Shown: positions 1 through 8,673 of the stretch, piece after piece
How positions within the stretch are numbered: position 1 is the stretch's first letter
Layout: each line of letters begins with the position of its first letter
Source of the DNA: Nanopusillaceae archaeon
Lineage (GTDB): Archaea > Nanobdellota > Nanobdellia > Nanobdellales > Nanobdellaceae
Direction of reading: 5' to 3'
NCBI GenBank assembly: GCA_049974095.1
Contig: JBMFJD010000008.1
Location: 1 to 32,000 of the forward strand
Length of the DNA: 32,000 nt
Made by a program: the position numbers and the translations under genes
Notes under the pieces: generated by a model
Database searches by the model: none
What the model saw: only the letters and a program-made list of their open reading frames with translations
What the model was told of the DNA's origin: nothing

Positions 1-69
1 TTTGTTCTTTATTTTTGTTGTAAATGATAATATTAAAATATTATTGAAAAAGATTGGAATTGGAAGATC

Positions 70-1161
70 TTAATTTTCTATAGCTTCTTCATATATCTTT
101 TTTAATTTTTTATTTCTTACTTCTATTGAGAATTTTTCTTTATATTTTTTATATGCATTTTTAGAAAGTTCTTTTAATAAAGAAGGATTTTCTATTAACT
201 CTATAGTTTTTTCATAAAATTTATTTAATAAATCTTCATATATCTTATTTATTGGATTTTTCCAATTGTTTTCTATAATAAATCCTTCTTTTTCATTCTC
301 TACTATTTCTTTTCTCGATAAGTTATCATATGTTATAATTGGTATTCCATAAGATAATGCTTCTATAAATGCAAATCCAAAAGAATCTGAAAATCCCGGA
401 TAAAATAAAATATCCGTAGATGGATATATCTTATTATATAAATCCTCTGCAGATACAAATTTGTATATTTTTATTCCATATTTTTCATATTTGTTCTTTA
501 AATTATCTGGAATAGTATAAGAGATTAATATTGTTTCTATATCATATTTTTCTTTTAATTTTTTGAATAATAATAAAGCATAATGGCCTCCTTTTGCATA
601 AAAATATCTTCCTATAAATAATATTGTCAATTTTTCATGTTTTATTTTTTTAATTTTTGGTTCAGGTACTGCTGGATATAATACTTCAAATTTATCCTTT
701 ATTTTTGGATCTTCTCTTATTTCTTTTGGGAAAGAATAATATGATGCATATGTCCAAGGTAATATTTTTTTGCAATTATCTTTTTCTAGAATCTTTTTTA
801 TTATATTTATTGTATATTTACTATTAGATGCCTTTCCTTGATCATATGTAAGGGATTGATAATATTCTGCATCTACTATATAATTATTTCTTAATGAAAA
901 ACATCTTGCACAATGAATTAATTCTACATTATATTTATTGATTTTTACTATTGGAAAAGAGATATCTAATTTTTGCAGTGTTTTCCTTCCTATCTCTTTT
1001 ATTTTAACATAATATGAAAATTTTTTGGGGTTGGTTATTAATCCTTTATCTTTTCCGATTTTATTTAAAAATATGTAACCGTCAGGTGGATAATTAATTA
1101 AGTTTCTATAATATTGAGAATCTACAAACTTCCAAGGAAATTGTAAATATATTTTATACAT
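70..1161 (-). CDS. Glycosyltransferase, GT4 (group 1) family
   Basis: 363-aa ORF. C-terminal GT-B/GT4 signature PGFSDSFGFAFIEALSYGIPIITYD...EKEGFIIEN (E-x7-E type). 8-nt overlap with the upstream GT gene. Confidence 0.8.
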   Translation of the reverse strand: MYKIYLQFPWKFVDSQYYRNLINYPPDGYIFLNKIGKDKGLITNPKKFSYYVKIKEIGRKTLQKLDISFPIVKINKYNVELIHCARCFSLRNNYIVDAEYYQSLTYDQGKASNSKYTINIIKKILEKDNCKKILPWTYASYYSFPKEIREDPKIKDKFEVLYPAVPEPKIKKIKHEKLTILFIGRYFYAKGGHYALLLFKKLKEKYDIETILISYTIPDNLKNKYEKYGIKIYKFVSAEDLYNKIYPSTDILFYPGFSDSFGFAFIEALSYGIPIITYDNLSRKEIVENEKEGFIIENNWKNPINKIYEDLLNKFYEKTIELIENPSLLKELSKNAYKKYKEKFSIEVRNKKLKKIYEEAIEN

Positions 1162-2338
1162 ATTCTTTATATATTTCTTCTAATTTTTTATCCATTTTTC
1201 TTGCAAAATTATCCCAGGAAAAATCTTTATTTTTTATATAATTCATATTTTCTTTCCCTTTTTCTATTAATTCATCTCTATTTTTAATAAAATACTCTAA
1301 AGCTTTATATATTTCTTCTACCATTTTTTCTTCATATATTTTTTCCTCTATCCAATATATTCCTGGAGCATCTTTTAATATTTCATAATTTCCTGCATAT
1401 GTAGAAATAACATATTTTCCAGAAGCCATCGCCTCTAAAGGAACTATCCCAAAATCCTCCATAAATGGTATATGGATAAATGCTAAGCATTTTGAATATA
1501 ATTCTCTCAATTTTTTATCATCTACATTTAAAAATATTTTTACATTTTTTTCCAATTTGTATAATTTTATTAGCTTTATTAATTTATTATAATATTTTAT
1601 ATTTTCTAATGATCCTGCTAAATACAATTTATATTCTGGATATTTTTTAATAAATTTTGCAAATGATTTTATTAATAAATGTTGTCTCTTTGCAAGTCCT
1701 ATTCTTGCTACATATAAGAAATAATCTTCAGGATCTTTATTATAGAAATTATTAAGATCTGCTCCTGGATTTATAATATATGTTTTATTTTCGCTTATTA
1801 ATTTTTTATCTAATGCTCTCTTTTTTGATAATTCAGAATTAAATATTGCATAATCTATTCTTTTCCAAGCTCTCTTTTCTAAATGATTATATACTATAAC
1901 AGCAGTTTTATATGGTAAAATATATGGTCTATTAAATCTGTATTTCAAGTTCCATAAAATATCCCAATAATAACTTGCTCTTAAAATAGTGTGAGAATAT
2001 ATTACTTTCGGAATTTTTAAGTTATTTTTTAATAATATTAATTCTCCTATTCCACCTGATGAAATTAAAAATAAATCATAATTTTCTTCAATATCCTTTG
2101 GCAATTTAATTAAATTTGTTAATAAAGAAAATCCGCCTCTTATTAAATATCCTCTAAATAATCTTTCATATTTTTTATCAAATAAATATATAATGTTCTT
2201 AAAATCAAAAGTTTTCTCTTCAATGTAATTCCAAGTTAATATTGTTATATTATTTTTAGATCTTTTTTGGTATTCATATATTAATCTTTCTGCTCCTCCC
2301 CTTGATTTTAACCATGGATGGAATAATAGTATGTCCAT
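1154..2338 (-). CDS. Glycosyltransferase, GT4 (group 1) family
   Basis: 394-aa ORF. N-terminal HPWLKSRGGAERL and C-terminal HIPFMEDFGIVPLEAMASGKYVIST (E-x7-E) are classic GT4 motifs. Confidence 0.85.
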   Translation of the reverse strand: MDILLFHPWLKSRGGAERLIYEYQKRSKNNITILTWNYIEEKTFDFKNIIYLFDKKYERLFRGYLIRGGFSLLTNLIKLPKDIEENYDLFLISSGGIGELILLKNNLKIPKVIYSHTILRASYYWDILWNLKYRFNRPYILPYKTAVIVYNHLEKRAWKRIDYAIFNSELSKKRALDKKLISENKTYIINPGADLNNFYNKDPEDYFLYVARIGLAKRQHLLIKSFAKFIKKYPEYKLYLAGSLENIKYYNKLIKLIKLYKLEKNVKIFLNVDDKKLRELYSKCLAFIHIPFMEDFGIVPLEAMASGKYVISTYAGNYEILKDAPGIYWIEEKIYEEKMVEEIYKALEYFIKNRDELIEKGKENMNYIKNKDFSWDNFARKMDKKLEEIYKEYV

Positions 2339-2417
2339 AAAATTTGAATTTGTTATTTATTTTTATGAATAATTTTATATAGTGCTATCTTAATGTAAAA
2401 CATATTTACAAATTTTT

Positions 2418-2446
2418 AAATTTGATATGTTATTTAGATCAAATTT
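2418..2446. repeat. Perfect 9-bp inverted repeat AAATTTGAT-N11-ATCAAATTT in an intergenic spacer
   Basis: Read directly: arms at 2418-2426 and 2438-2446. Shares the ATTTGAT core with the second palindrome at 2470-2490. Confidence 0.7.
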
Positions 2447-2469
2447 TTAATTTTTTATTGTCGTTTTCT

Positions 2470-2490
2470 ATCAAATCATTTAGATTTGAT
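2470..2490. repeat. Perfect 8-bp inverted repeat ATCAAATC-ATTTA-GATTTGAT in an intergenic spacer
   Basis: Read directly: arms at 2470-2477 and 2483-2490. Same ATTTGAT/ATCAAAT core as 2418-2446. Confidence 0.7.
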
Positions 2491-2519
2491 CTTCTTAATA
2501 TTCAAAATTTTTTATATTC

Positions 2520-3404
2520 TTATAATAAATTTTTATATCTCTTCTTATAATATTCTTTCAGCTTATTTCTCATAAACTTATACATTAAATATTTTATTAA
2601 TTCTTTAAATCTCATATCAAAACTATATTCTATTTTATAATTTCCATTATCAAATAGATTTAATATTATCTTTGTAGAAAACATACTAATTTTAAATATT
2701 TTATTATTTTTATAATATTTCTCCATATATTCTAAATCTTTTAATGATCTTTTAACAATATCTATATTAAAATCTACAGAAGTATTGAATTGATGAATTC
2801 TAAATTTTGTTAAATGTTCAAATAATTTTATATAGGCTCTTTTATACTTAAAATAAAGATATAAAAATAGATCAGCTTTAATATCTATATTTTTTATCAT
2901 ATTAGATAGTTCTTTTTTTGTTTCATTATCAACAACTAATGTGTAACTACTTACATTTCCATCTTCTTTTTTAAATTCTTTTTTACTTTCTTTATATATT
3001 ATCTCTTTATTTTCATTAATATAAATTTTTGCATTATGAATAGCATAATTCTTAAGTTTTATACTTTTTGAAATATCTAATATTCTTGCAATTTTATTTT
3101 CTGTAAACATATCATCATCTTCTAATAAGAATATTATATTTGATGACGTATTTTCGATGCCTATTCCTAATTTGTATCCTATTCTTCTTGTTTCATTATT
3201 TTCTTGCAGGTTTATTATTTTGTTATGTATAAAATTATTTTTTATATAATTATCTATTTCTTTATCTTCGTAATTTTTTACTACTATTAATTCTATATTT
3301 TTTGGATCTATTCCTTTTTGATTTAATATAGAAGCTATAGCATCCTTAATAAAAATCTTTCTTTTGTAATCTACTAAAACAACAGAAGCTAAAATATCTT
3401 TCAT
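2520..3404 (-). CDS. Glycosyltransferase, GT2 family
   Basis: 294-aa ORF. N-terminal GT-A pattern ASVVLVDYKRKIFIKDAIASILNQ...IELIVVKN and acidic DxD-like IIFLLEDDDMF. Confidence 0.75.
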   Translation of the reverse strand: MKDILASVVLVDYKRKIFIKDAIASILNQKGIDPKNIELIVVKNYEDKEIDNYIKNNFIHNKIINLQENNETRRIGYKLGIGIENTSSNIIFLLEDDDMFTENKIARILDISKSIKLKNYAIHNAKIYINENKEIIYKESKKEFKKEDGNVSSYTLVVDNETKKELSNMIKNIDIKADLFLYLYFKYKRAYIKLFEHLTKFRIHQFNTSVDFNIDIVKRSLKDLEYMEKYYKNNKIFKISMFSTKIILNLFDNGNYKIEYSFDMRFKELIKYLMYKFMRNKLKEYYKKRYKNLL

Positions 3405-3423
3405 AGTTTTATAATAATAATCA

Positions 3424-4536
3424 TTATTTTAAAAATGTTTGAATAAATTGATTTCCTATTTTTTCTATATCAAATAATTCTCTAGCTCTCTTTGATATAT
3501 ATTTTCTTGATTCAAAGTATTCTTTAGAGTTATTTTTCCAAAAATCATATATCTCTAATATTTTATTTGCAAAAGCTTTAGGATCATAATCTTTTACAAT
3601 ATATCCAAATTTCTTATCATATTTTAATAAATCTCTAAATGCTATGATATTAGATCCTATAAAAGGTAATCCAGATACAATAGCTTCTCCAATGGCTAAT
3701 GTAGGCACTCCAGTTTCATATCTCGATGGTAATAGATATATCGAAGCCTTTGATATAATTCTTCTTTTTTCCTCTTCACTTATAAATCCTAGATATTTTA
3801 TATTTGAGGGATATTTATTTTCTAATTCCTTAATAATGTTTTCATAATATTTTTCTCCAGATCCTACTATAACAAATTTTATTTCTTTATTCTTTGATAA
3901 AACATTATTAATGATTTTAGGTAAGATATCTATACCTTTATGAAGGGAAAAACGCGCTAAGAATAATACTATAAATTCATTATTTTCTTTAGGAAATGGA
4001 TAATATTTTGTTTCTATGAAATTTGGAAGCAGATATACATTTTTCATACCCAATTTTTCGTACATTAATTTTTGAGCAGAATTCAATACGTGAAAATATA
4101 GTTTTTCCCTTCTATTAAATTCTTTTAATAAATATTTTGTTAATATATATTTATATCTAACTACTTTAAATTCTGGTTTTGTTGAAATAGCATGACTTCC
4201 AAAAATTATTCTATGAAATCTAATTAAATCAAAATATATTGATAATTTTAGCGCAAAATTATCAGAAGTATATAATGGTATATCTCTTTCGCTTTCTAAT
4301 AATTCTTTAAGAGCGCTTATATTAAAAAATTCTCTATTGCTTATTATATAATCAAATTTTTTATCTTTTAATATGTCAATTAATTTTATTCTTTCTTTAT
4401 CAAGGATTCTGTTAGATGATATTACTGTTACGTCATAACCTTTTTCTGCTAAGAAATTCGCCATTTTATATATCCAAACTTCTGTACCTCCATAAGTTGT
4501 TAATTTATATGATGATAAAAATATTATTGATTTCAT
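3424..4536 (-). CDS. Glycosyltransferase, GT4 (group 1) family
   Basis: 370-aa ORF. FLARFSLHKGIDIL and LPSRYETGVPTLAIGEAIVSGLPFIGSN (E-x7-E). 4-nt ATGA overlap with the next gene. Confidence 0.85.
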   Translation of the reverse strand: MKSIIFLSSYKLTTYGGTEVWIYKMANFLAEKGYDVTVISSNRILDKERIKLIDILKDKKFDYIISNREFFNISALKELLESERDIPLYTSDNFALKLSIYFDLIRFHRIIFGSHAISTKPEFKVVRYKYILTKYLLKEFNRREKLYFHVLNSAQKLMYEKLGMKNVYLLPNFIETKYYPFPKENNEFIVLFLARFSLHKGIDILPKIINNVLSKNKEIKFVIVGSGEKYYENIIKELENKYPSNIKYLGFISEEEKRRIISKASIYLLPSRYETGVPTLAIGEAIVSGLPFIGSNIIAFRDLLKYDKKFGYIVKDYDPKAFANKILEIYDFWKNNSKEYFESRKYISKRARELFDIEKIGNQFIQTFLK

Positions 4537-5468
4537 CTTAATTTTATTTTTTTTATTTTATTTTCATCAAAATCTATATTATTAACCTTTACAAAATTTT
4601 TTACATACTCTTTTATTTTTTCATAATTATAAAATAATATAACATAATAGCTAATTTTTGATTTGCTTCTAAATTTATACATATATAATTCATCATAATA
4701 TAACTGTAATTTTTTCTTTAATAAATTCCAAAAAGCATCATTAAATTTAAACATTGAAAGAAAATAATCTTTTTCTAATCCTATCTCAGGTGGTAATATA
4801 ATATCCTCTGTATGTTCATATAATATTGTAGTAGGACTTTTTATTTCTTCAAATCTAACAATATTACTAATTATTTTTATAGATAAAGTATCTCTGAAAT
4901 AAATATTAAACATTCTTTTAATATATTTTAATCCACCAGATGTATATTTTCTTTCTCTGTGTTCTCTTTCTTGATTTATTGCAAAAGGTAAAAGTACATT
5001 ATATAATTTAAATCCTGCCCTTATTATATCTAGATCAAACATAAAATCTTCAGCGACAATCATATCTCTCCATTTAACTTTCTTTAATAGTTCTTTATAA
5101 GTATCGTATGATGCAAAATGTCCGTAAAAACTTCCCTCTTGATATATATTTATTAATCCTTTAATCAAATCATTTATTTTTTCAAAAAATATTAAATCAA
5201 AATCAATATAAAATATAAAGTCGACATCTGGATAATTTTTAATTAAATGCTCTAGTGCATATTGTCTTCCTAATCCTCTAGAAGATCTCTTTTGAAATAC
5301 ATCTACAAAATCATATTCTTTTAATATTTCATAAGTACCGTCTCTAGAATAATTGTCGCATACAGAAATTATAAAATCATATTTTAATTTTTTCTTTAAA
5401 TCTTCTATTGTTTGTCTAACAGTATCTGCAGAATTATAAACAGTACCATATATACCCAATTTAGTCAT
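4533..5468 (-). CDS. Glycosyltransferase, GT2-like
   Basis: 311-aa ORF. GIYGTVYNSADTVRQTIEDL, SVCDNYSRDGTYEIL and FIFYIDFDLIF resemble the GT-A nucleotide-sugar binding region and DxD motif. Confidence 0.7.
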   Translation of the reverse strand: MTKLGIYGTVYNSADTVRQTIEDLKKKLKYDFIISVCDNYSRDGTYEILKEYDFVDVFQKRSSRGLGRQYALEHLIKNYPDVDFIFYIDFDLIFFEKINDLIKGLINIYQEGSFYGHFASYDTYKELLKKVKWRDMIVAEDFMFDLDIIRAGFKLYNVLLPFAINQEREHRERKYTSGGLKYIKRMFNIYFRDTLSIKIISNIVRFEEIKSPTTILYEHTEDIILPPEIGLEKDYFLSMFKFNDAFWNLLKKKLQLYYDELYMYKFRSKSKISYYVILFYNYEKIKEYVKNFVKVNNIDFDENKIKKIKLR

Positions 5469-5644
5469 AAGATATTATAATTTATATAAGATTGATAAAT
5501 ATTTTTTATCATTCTACCAATAAGTTCTTGAAAGCTAAAAAATTTCATATAATATCTAAATGTAGATCTAATAATTATGTCTAAATATAAATAACTAGAG
5601 TATATATCCCTTAATTTATTTTGATTCTAGTCATGCTCTAAAAA

Positions 5645-6430
5645 TTATCTATAAAAATAATATACTCCCAAATACCAACTATCTTTTTTAACTATCTTCA
5701 TTTTATACCCATTTCTCAAAAATTTAGAAATTAATACCTGAGGAGATCCATGTATTTCAATAATATATTCTCTAGAATATTTCAATACTTCATCTGGTAA
5801 ACATAATAATGAATATTCACATCCCTCACAATCCATTTTAGTAACAAATTCTTCTTCTTTATTATATATTTCCTCAAATACATCTTTAATAGAAGTTAAT
5901 TCTATCTTATAATTTCCATACTCTGAACCAGACTCTCCGCGATTATTTATATTAATTTTTATGTAATTTTCTCCTTTATTACAATCTATCCCTTTATTTA
6001 TTGGAATAATCTTATCTTGTAAATCATTTAATTCTATATTTTTTAATAAAATCTCATAGAAATCTTTTACTGCTTCATATACATATACTTTCCTAGCTCC
6101 TTTTCTAATAAAATATATTGAAGAATCTCCTACATATGCTCCTATATCTAATACTACTTTATCTTTTACATCTAATATTTCATATTCATTTTGTAAATAA
6201 TATAATACTGGCCAAATATCATTTTTAATATAGAATTTTCCTAAATCTTTTACTATAATAATATATTCATTGTCATTTAGTTTTTCTATTTTTTCTATTC
6301 TTTCAGGATTTAATAAAAGAAAATATCCAGCCCTATCATAAAAATTTATTCCCCTATGTTTTACAGGTTTATGTAATATTTTATTCGCAATAAAGAATCT
6401 TAGTGATAATATTGGATTTTTTTTAAATAC
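5645..6430 (-). CDS. FkbM-family SAM-dependent methyltransferase; open frame lacks a canonical start (possible frameshift or pseudogene)
   Basis: Manual translation shows an uninterrupted 261-codon frame from 6430 to the stop at 5645. It contains the SAM motif VVLDIGAYVGDSSIYF (about 6122-6160) and the FkbM motif KMDCEGCEYSLL. There is no in-frame ATG, GTG or TTG upstream of the Met at 5836. An ATG at 6434 is out of frame by one nucleotide. Confidence 0.7.
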   Translation of the reverse strand, partial: VFKKNPILSLRFFIANKILHKPVKHRGINFYDRAGYFLLLNPERIEKIEKLNDNEYIIIVKDLGKFYIKNDIWPVLYYLQNEYEILDVKDKVVLDIGAYVGDSSIYFIRKGARKVYVYEAVKDFYEILLKNIELNDLQDKIIPINKGIDCNKGENYIKININNRGESGSEYGNYKIELTSIKDVFEEIYNKEEEFVTKMDCEGCEYSLLCLPDEVLKYSREYIIEIHGSPQVLISKFLRNGYKMKIVKKDSWYLGVYYFYR

Positions 6431-6489
6431 TCATAATAATATCTAATTAATTTTAACATTAATATAAAAAATATATAAAAATTTATAAA

Positions 6490-8028
6490 CTAATATTTTT
6501 CATATCCTTTTACAATAGGATTTTCTATTGTATATTTAGTCAATATTTTTACTGCTTCACTTTCGGTTTTCTTCTTAACCATTGGGAATGGTATTACTTC
6601 TTTTATACTATTTATTCCTAATAATAACATAATTACTCTATCAATTCCTAATCCCAATCCACCTGCTGGAGGCATTCCATACATTAATGCTTCTACAAAA
6701 TCTTGATCATATAAATGTGCTTCCTCAAATCCTAGTTCTCTCATTCTAGCCTGTTCTAATAATAATTTATTTTGTAATATTGGATCATTTAATTCAGAAT
6801 ATATATTTGCAATTTCAACTCCTAAAATATATCCTTCTGCTCTTTCAACTAATGAAGGATCTTTCCTACTTATTTTACATAATGGAGTGGATTCTTTCGG
6901 ATGTTCAATAATATATGTAGGTTCAATTAATTTATCTTCAACCAATTCTTCAAATAATGCAGTAATTGCTAATCCTCTATTAAATTCTTTTAATTCCAAT
7001 TGTACATTATATTTTACTAATAATTCTTTTATTTCATCATCAGACAATTTATCCACATCAATTCCTGCATATTCTTTTAATGCATCTTTCATTGTTATTC
7101 TTTTCCAAGGTGGTTTTAATGATATTTTTTTACCATTATATTCAATATATTCTTTCCCAATTACATCTTTTGCAATTCCATATACTAAATTTTCTATAAT
7201 TTCCATCATTTTATCTCTATTTGCATATGCCTCATATGCTTCAAGCATTGTAAATTCAGGATTATGTGTTACATCAATAGATTCATTCCTAAAATCTACA
7301 GCAATTTCAAATACTTTGTTAAATCCTCCAACCATAAATCTTTTCAAATACAACTCTGGTGCAATTCTTAAATACCAATTTTCTTTTAAATCATTTACAT
7401 ATGTAATAAATGGTTTTGCATTTGCTCCTCCATATATTGGTTGTAAGATTGGGGTTTGTACTTCTATATACTCTAAATTTTCAAAATATTTTCTAATATA
7501 ATTTAATACTTTAAATCTTATTTCAAATATTTTTCTCACATCATCATTCATTAATAGATCTAAATATCTTTTTCTATACCTCTCTTCTACATCACCAAAT
7601 CCATACCATTGATCTGGTAAAGAAATTAACGCTTTTGTTAATATTATCCAATCTTCTGCAAATACAGATAATTCTCCTGCTTTTGTTTTTCCGACTTTTC
7701 CATATACTCCTATGATGTCTCCTCTTTGTATAAATTCTGCTACATCATCAAAATTTTTTGTTAAATCTTTTTTAGTTACTACCTGTATTTTATATCCTTC
7801 TTCTTTTAAATCATAAAAAATTATACCTCCATGTCTTCTAATAGAATATACTCTTCCGGCAATTTTAACATACTTATCAATAAACTTATCAGGAGAATTT
7901 GCAATTTCCTTTATATCATTTGTCTTATCAAATTCATATGGATATGGGTTATATCCCTTTTCTTTCATTTTTTCCAAAACTTTTAATCTATCTATGATAT
8001 CTATCTCTAAACCACTTTTTTCTTCCAT
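6490..8028 (-). CDS. lysS: Lysyl-tRNA synthetase, class II
   Basis: 512-aa ORF. Strong resemblance to bacterial-type LysRS: YLRIAPELYLKRFMVGGFNKVFEIAVDFRNESIDVTHNPEFTMLEAYEAY (motif 2 region) and PPAGGLGLGIDRVIMLLLG (motif 3). Confidence 0.9.
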   Translation of the reverse strand: MEEKSGLEIDIIDRLKVLEKMKEKGYNPYPYEFDKTNDIKEIANSPDKFIDKYVKIAGRVYSIRRHGGIIFYDLKEEGYKIQVVTKKDLTKNFDDVAEFIQRGDIIGVYGKVGKTKAGELSVFAEDWIILTKALISLPDQWYGFGDVEERYRKRYLDLLMNDDVRKIFEIRFKVLNYIRKYFENLEYIEVQTPILQPIYGGANAKPFITYVNDLKENWYLRIAPELYLKRFMVGGFNKVFEIAVDFRNESIDVTHNPEFTMLEAYEAYANRDKMMEIIENLVYGIAKDVIGKEYIEYNGKKISLKPPWKRITMKDALKEYAGIDVDKLSDDEIKELLVKYNVQLELKEFNRGLAITALFEELVEDKLIEPTYIIEHPKESTPLCKISRKDPSLVERAEGYILGVEIANIYSELNDPILQNKLLLEQARMRELGFEEAHLYDQDFVEALMYGMPPAGGLGLGIDRVIMLLLGINSIKEVIPFPMVKKKTESEAVKILTKYTIENPIVKGYEKY

Positions 8029-8070
8029 TCAAATTTCATTTTTAAATATCCTTAAAAATCTATTATATTT

Positions 8071-8673
8071 ATGATAGAACAATATATTGGAATACTTGTT
8101 ACAATGTTTATTATATTAGGAACAATTCCAAATATTTTTGTTTTTGAATCTATATTTGATTCATTAGAATTAAATATAAATCAAAAAAGGTATGCAATAA
8201 ATAAATCATTTTTAATTGCATATATTATTTGGTTTATTATATTTTTATTTGGAAAACCATTTTTAGAAGTAATTGGAATAAATTTAATTGATTTTAGGAT
8301 TGCTGGAGGAATATTTTTATTTTATATAGCATTTGAAATATTGGCAAAAGATATACCATCTCATGTAAATATAAAAAATCATGGAGAAGAATTAGAAAAT
8401 ATTATTGCAACACCTTTAGCAGTTCCATTAATAACGGGACCTGGGGTAATTACAACAACATTAATTTATGTTTCAGAAAGTTTAAATATATTTTATTTAT
8501 TTATAACAATGTCTCTAGCATTTTTAATTTCCTATTTAATTATATACAATAGCACATTTATTTTAGAAAAATTTGGAAAGAAAAATTTAATCATATTAAA
8601 TAAATTGGGAGGATTGATCTTATTAGCAATAGCAACAGATATAATATTAACAGGAATTAAATTATTAATATGA
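8071..8673 (+). CDS. MarC-family (UPF0056) integral membrane protein
   Basis: 200-aa polytopic membrane ORF with the family-typical ATPLAVPLITGPGVITTT segment. Confidence 0.7.
   Translation: MIEQYIGILVTMFIILGTIPNIFVFESIFDSLELNINQKRYAINKSFLIAYIIWFIIFLFGKPFLEVIGINLIDFRIAGGIFLFYIAFEILAKDIPSHVNIKNHGEELENIIATPLAVPLITGPGVITTTLIYVSESLNIFYLFITMSLAFLISYLIIYNSTFILEKFGKKNLIILNKLGGLILLAIATDIILTGIKLLI

Noticed and set aside
2427-2458. The 2418-2446 hairpin followed by the T-rich TTTTTAATTTTTTATT tract as an intrinsic terminator.
   Set aside because: The T-run follows the hairpin only on the plus strand, where no upstream gene would need terminating. Both flanking genes are on the minus strand, and there the hairpin is followed by A-rich sequence.
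5465-5548. A 27-aa minus-strand ORF (MKFFSFQELIGRMIKNIYQSYINYNIL) in the 176-bp spacer, whose TGA overlaps the ATG of the GT2-like gene in an ATGA junction.
   Set aside because: It is too short and compositionally ordinary for AT-rich DNA. I cannot distinguish it from chance without conservation data. The ATGA junction is suggestive, but such overlaps arise easily here.
5645-5836. The 63-aa ORF listed in the track, considered as an independent small gene.
   Set aside because: It is the C-terminal part (KMDCEGCEYSLL...) of a 261-codon open frame encoding an FkbM methyltransferase. The upstream 198 codons are open and carry the SAM-binding motif.
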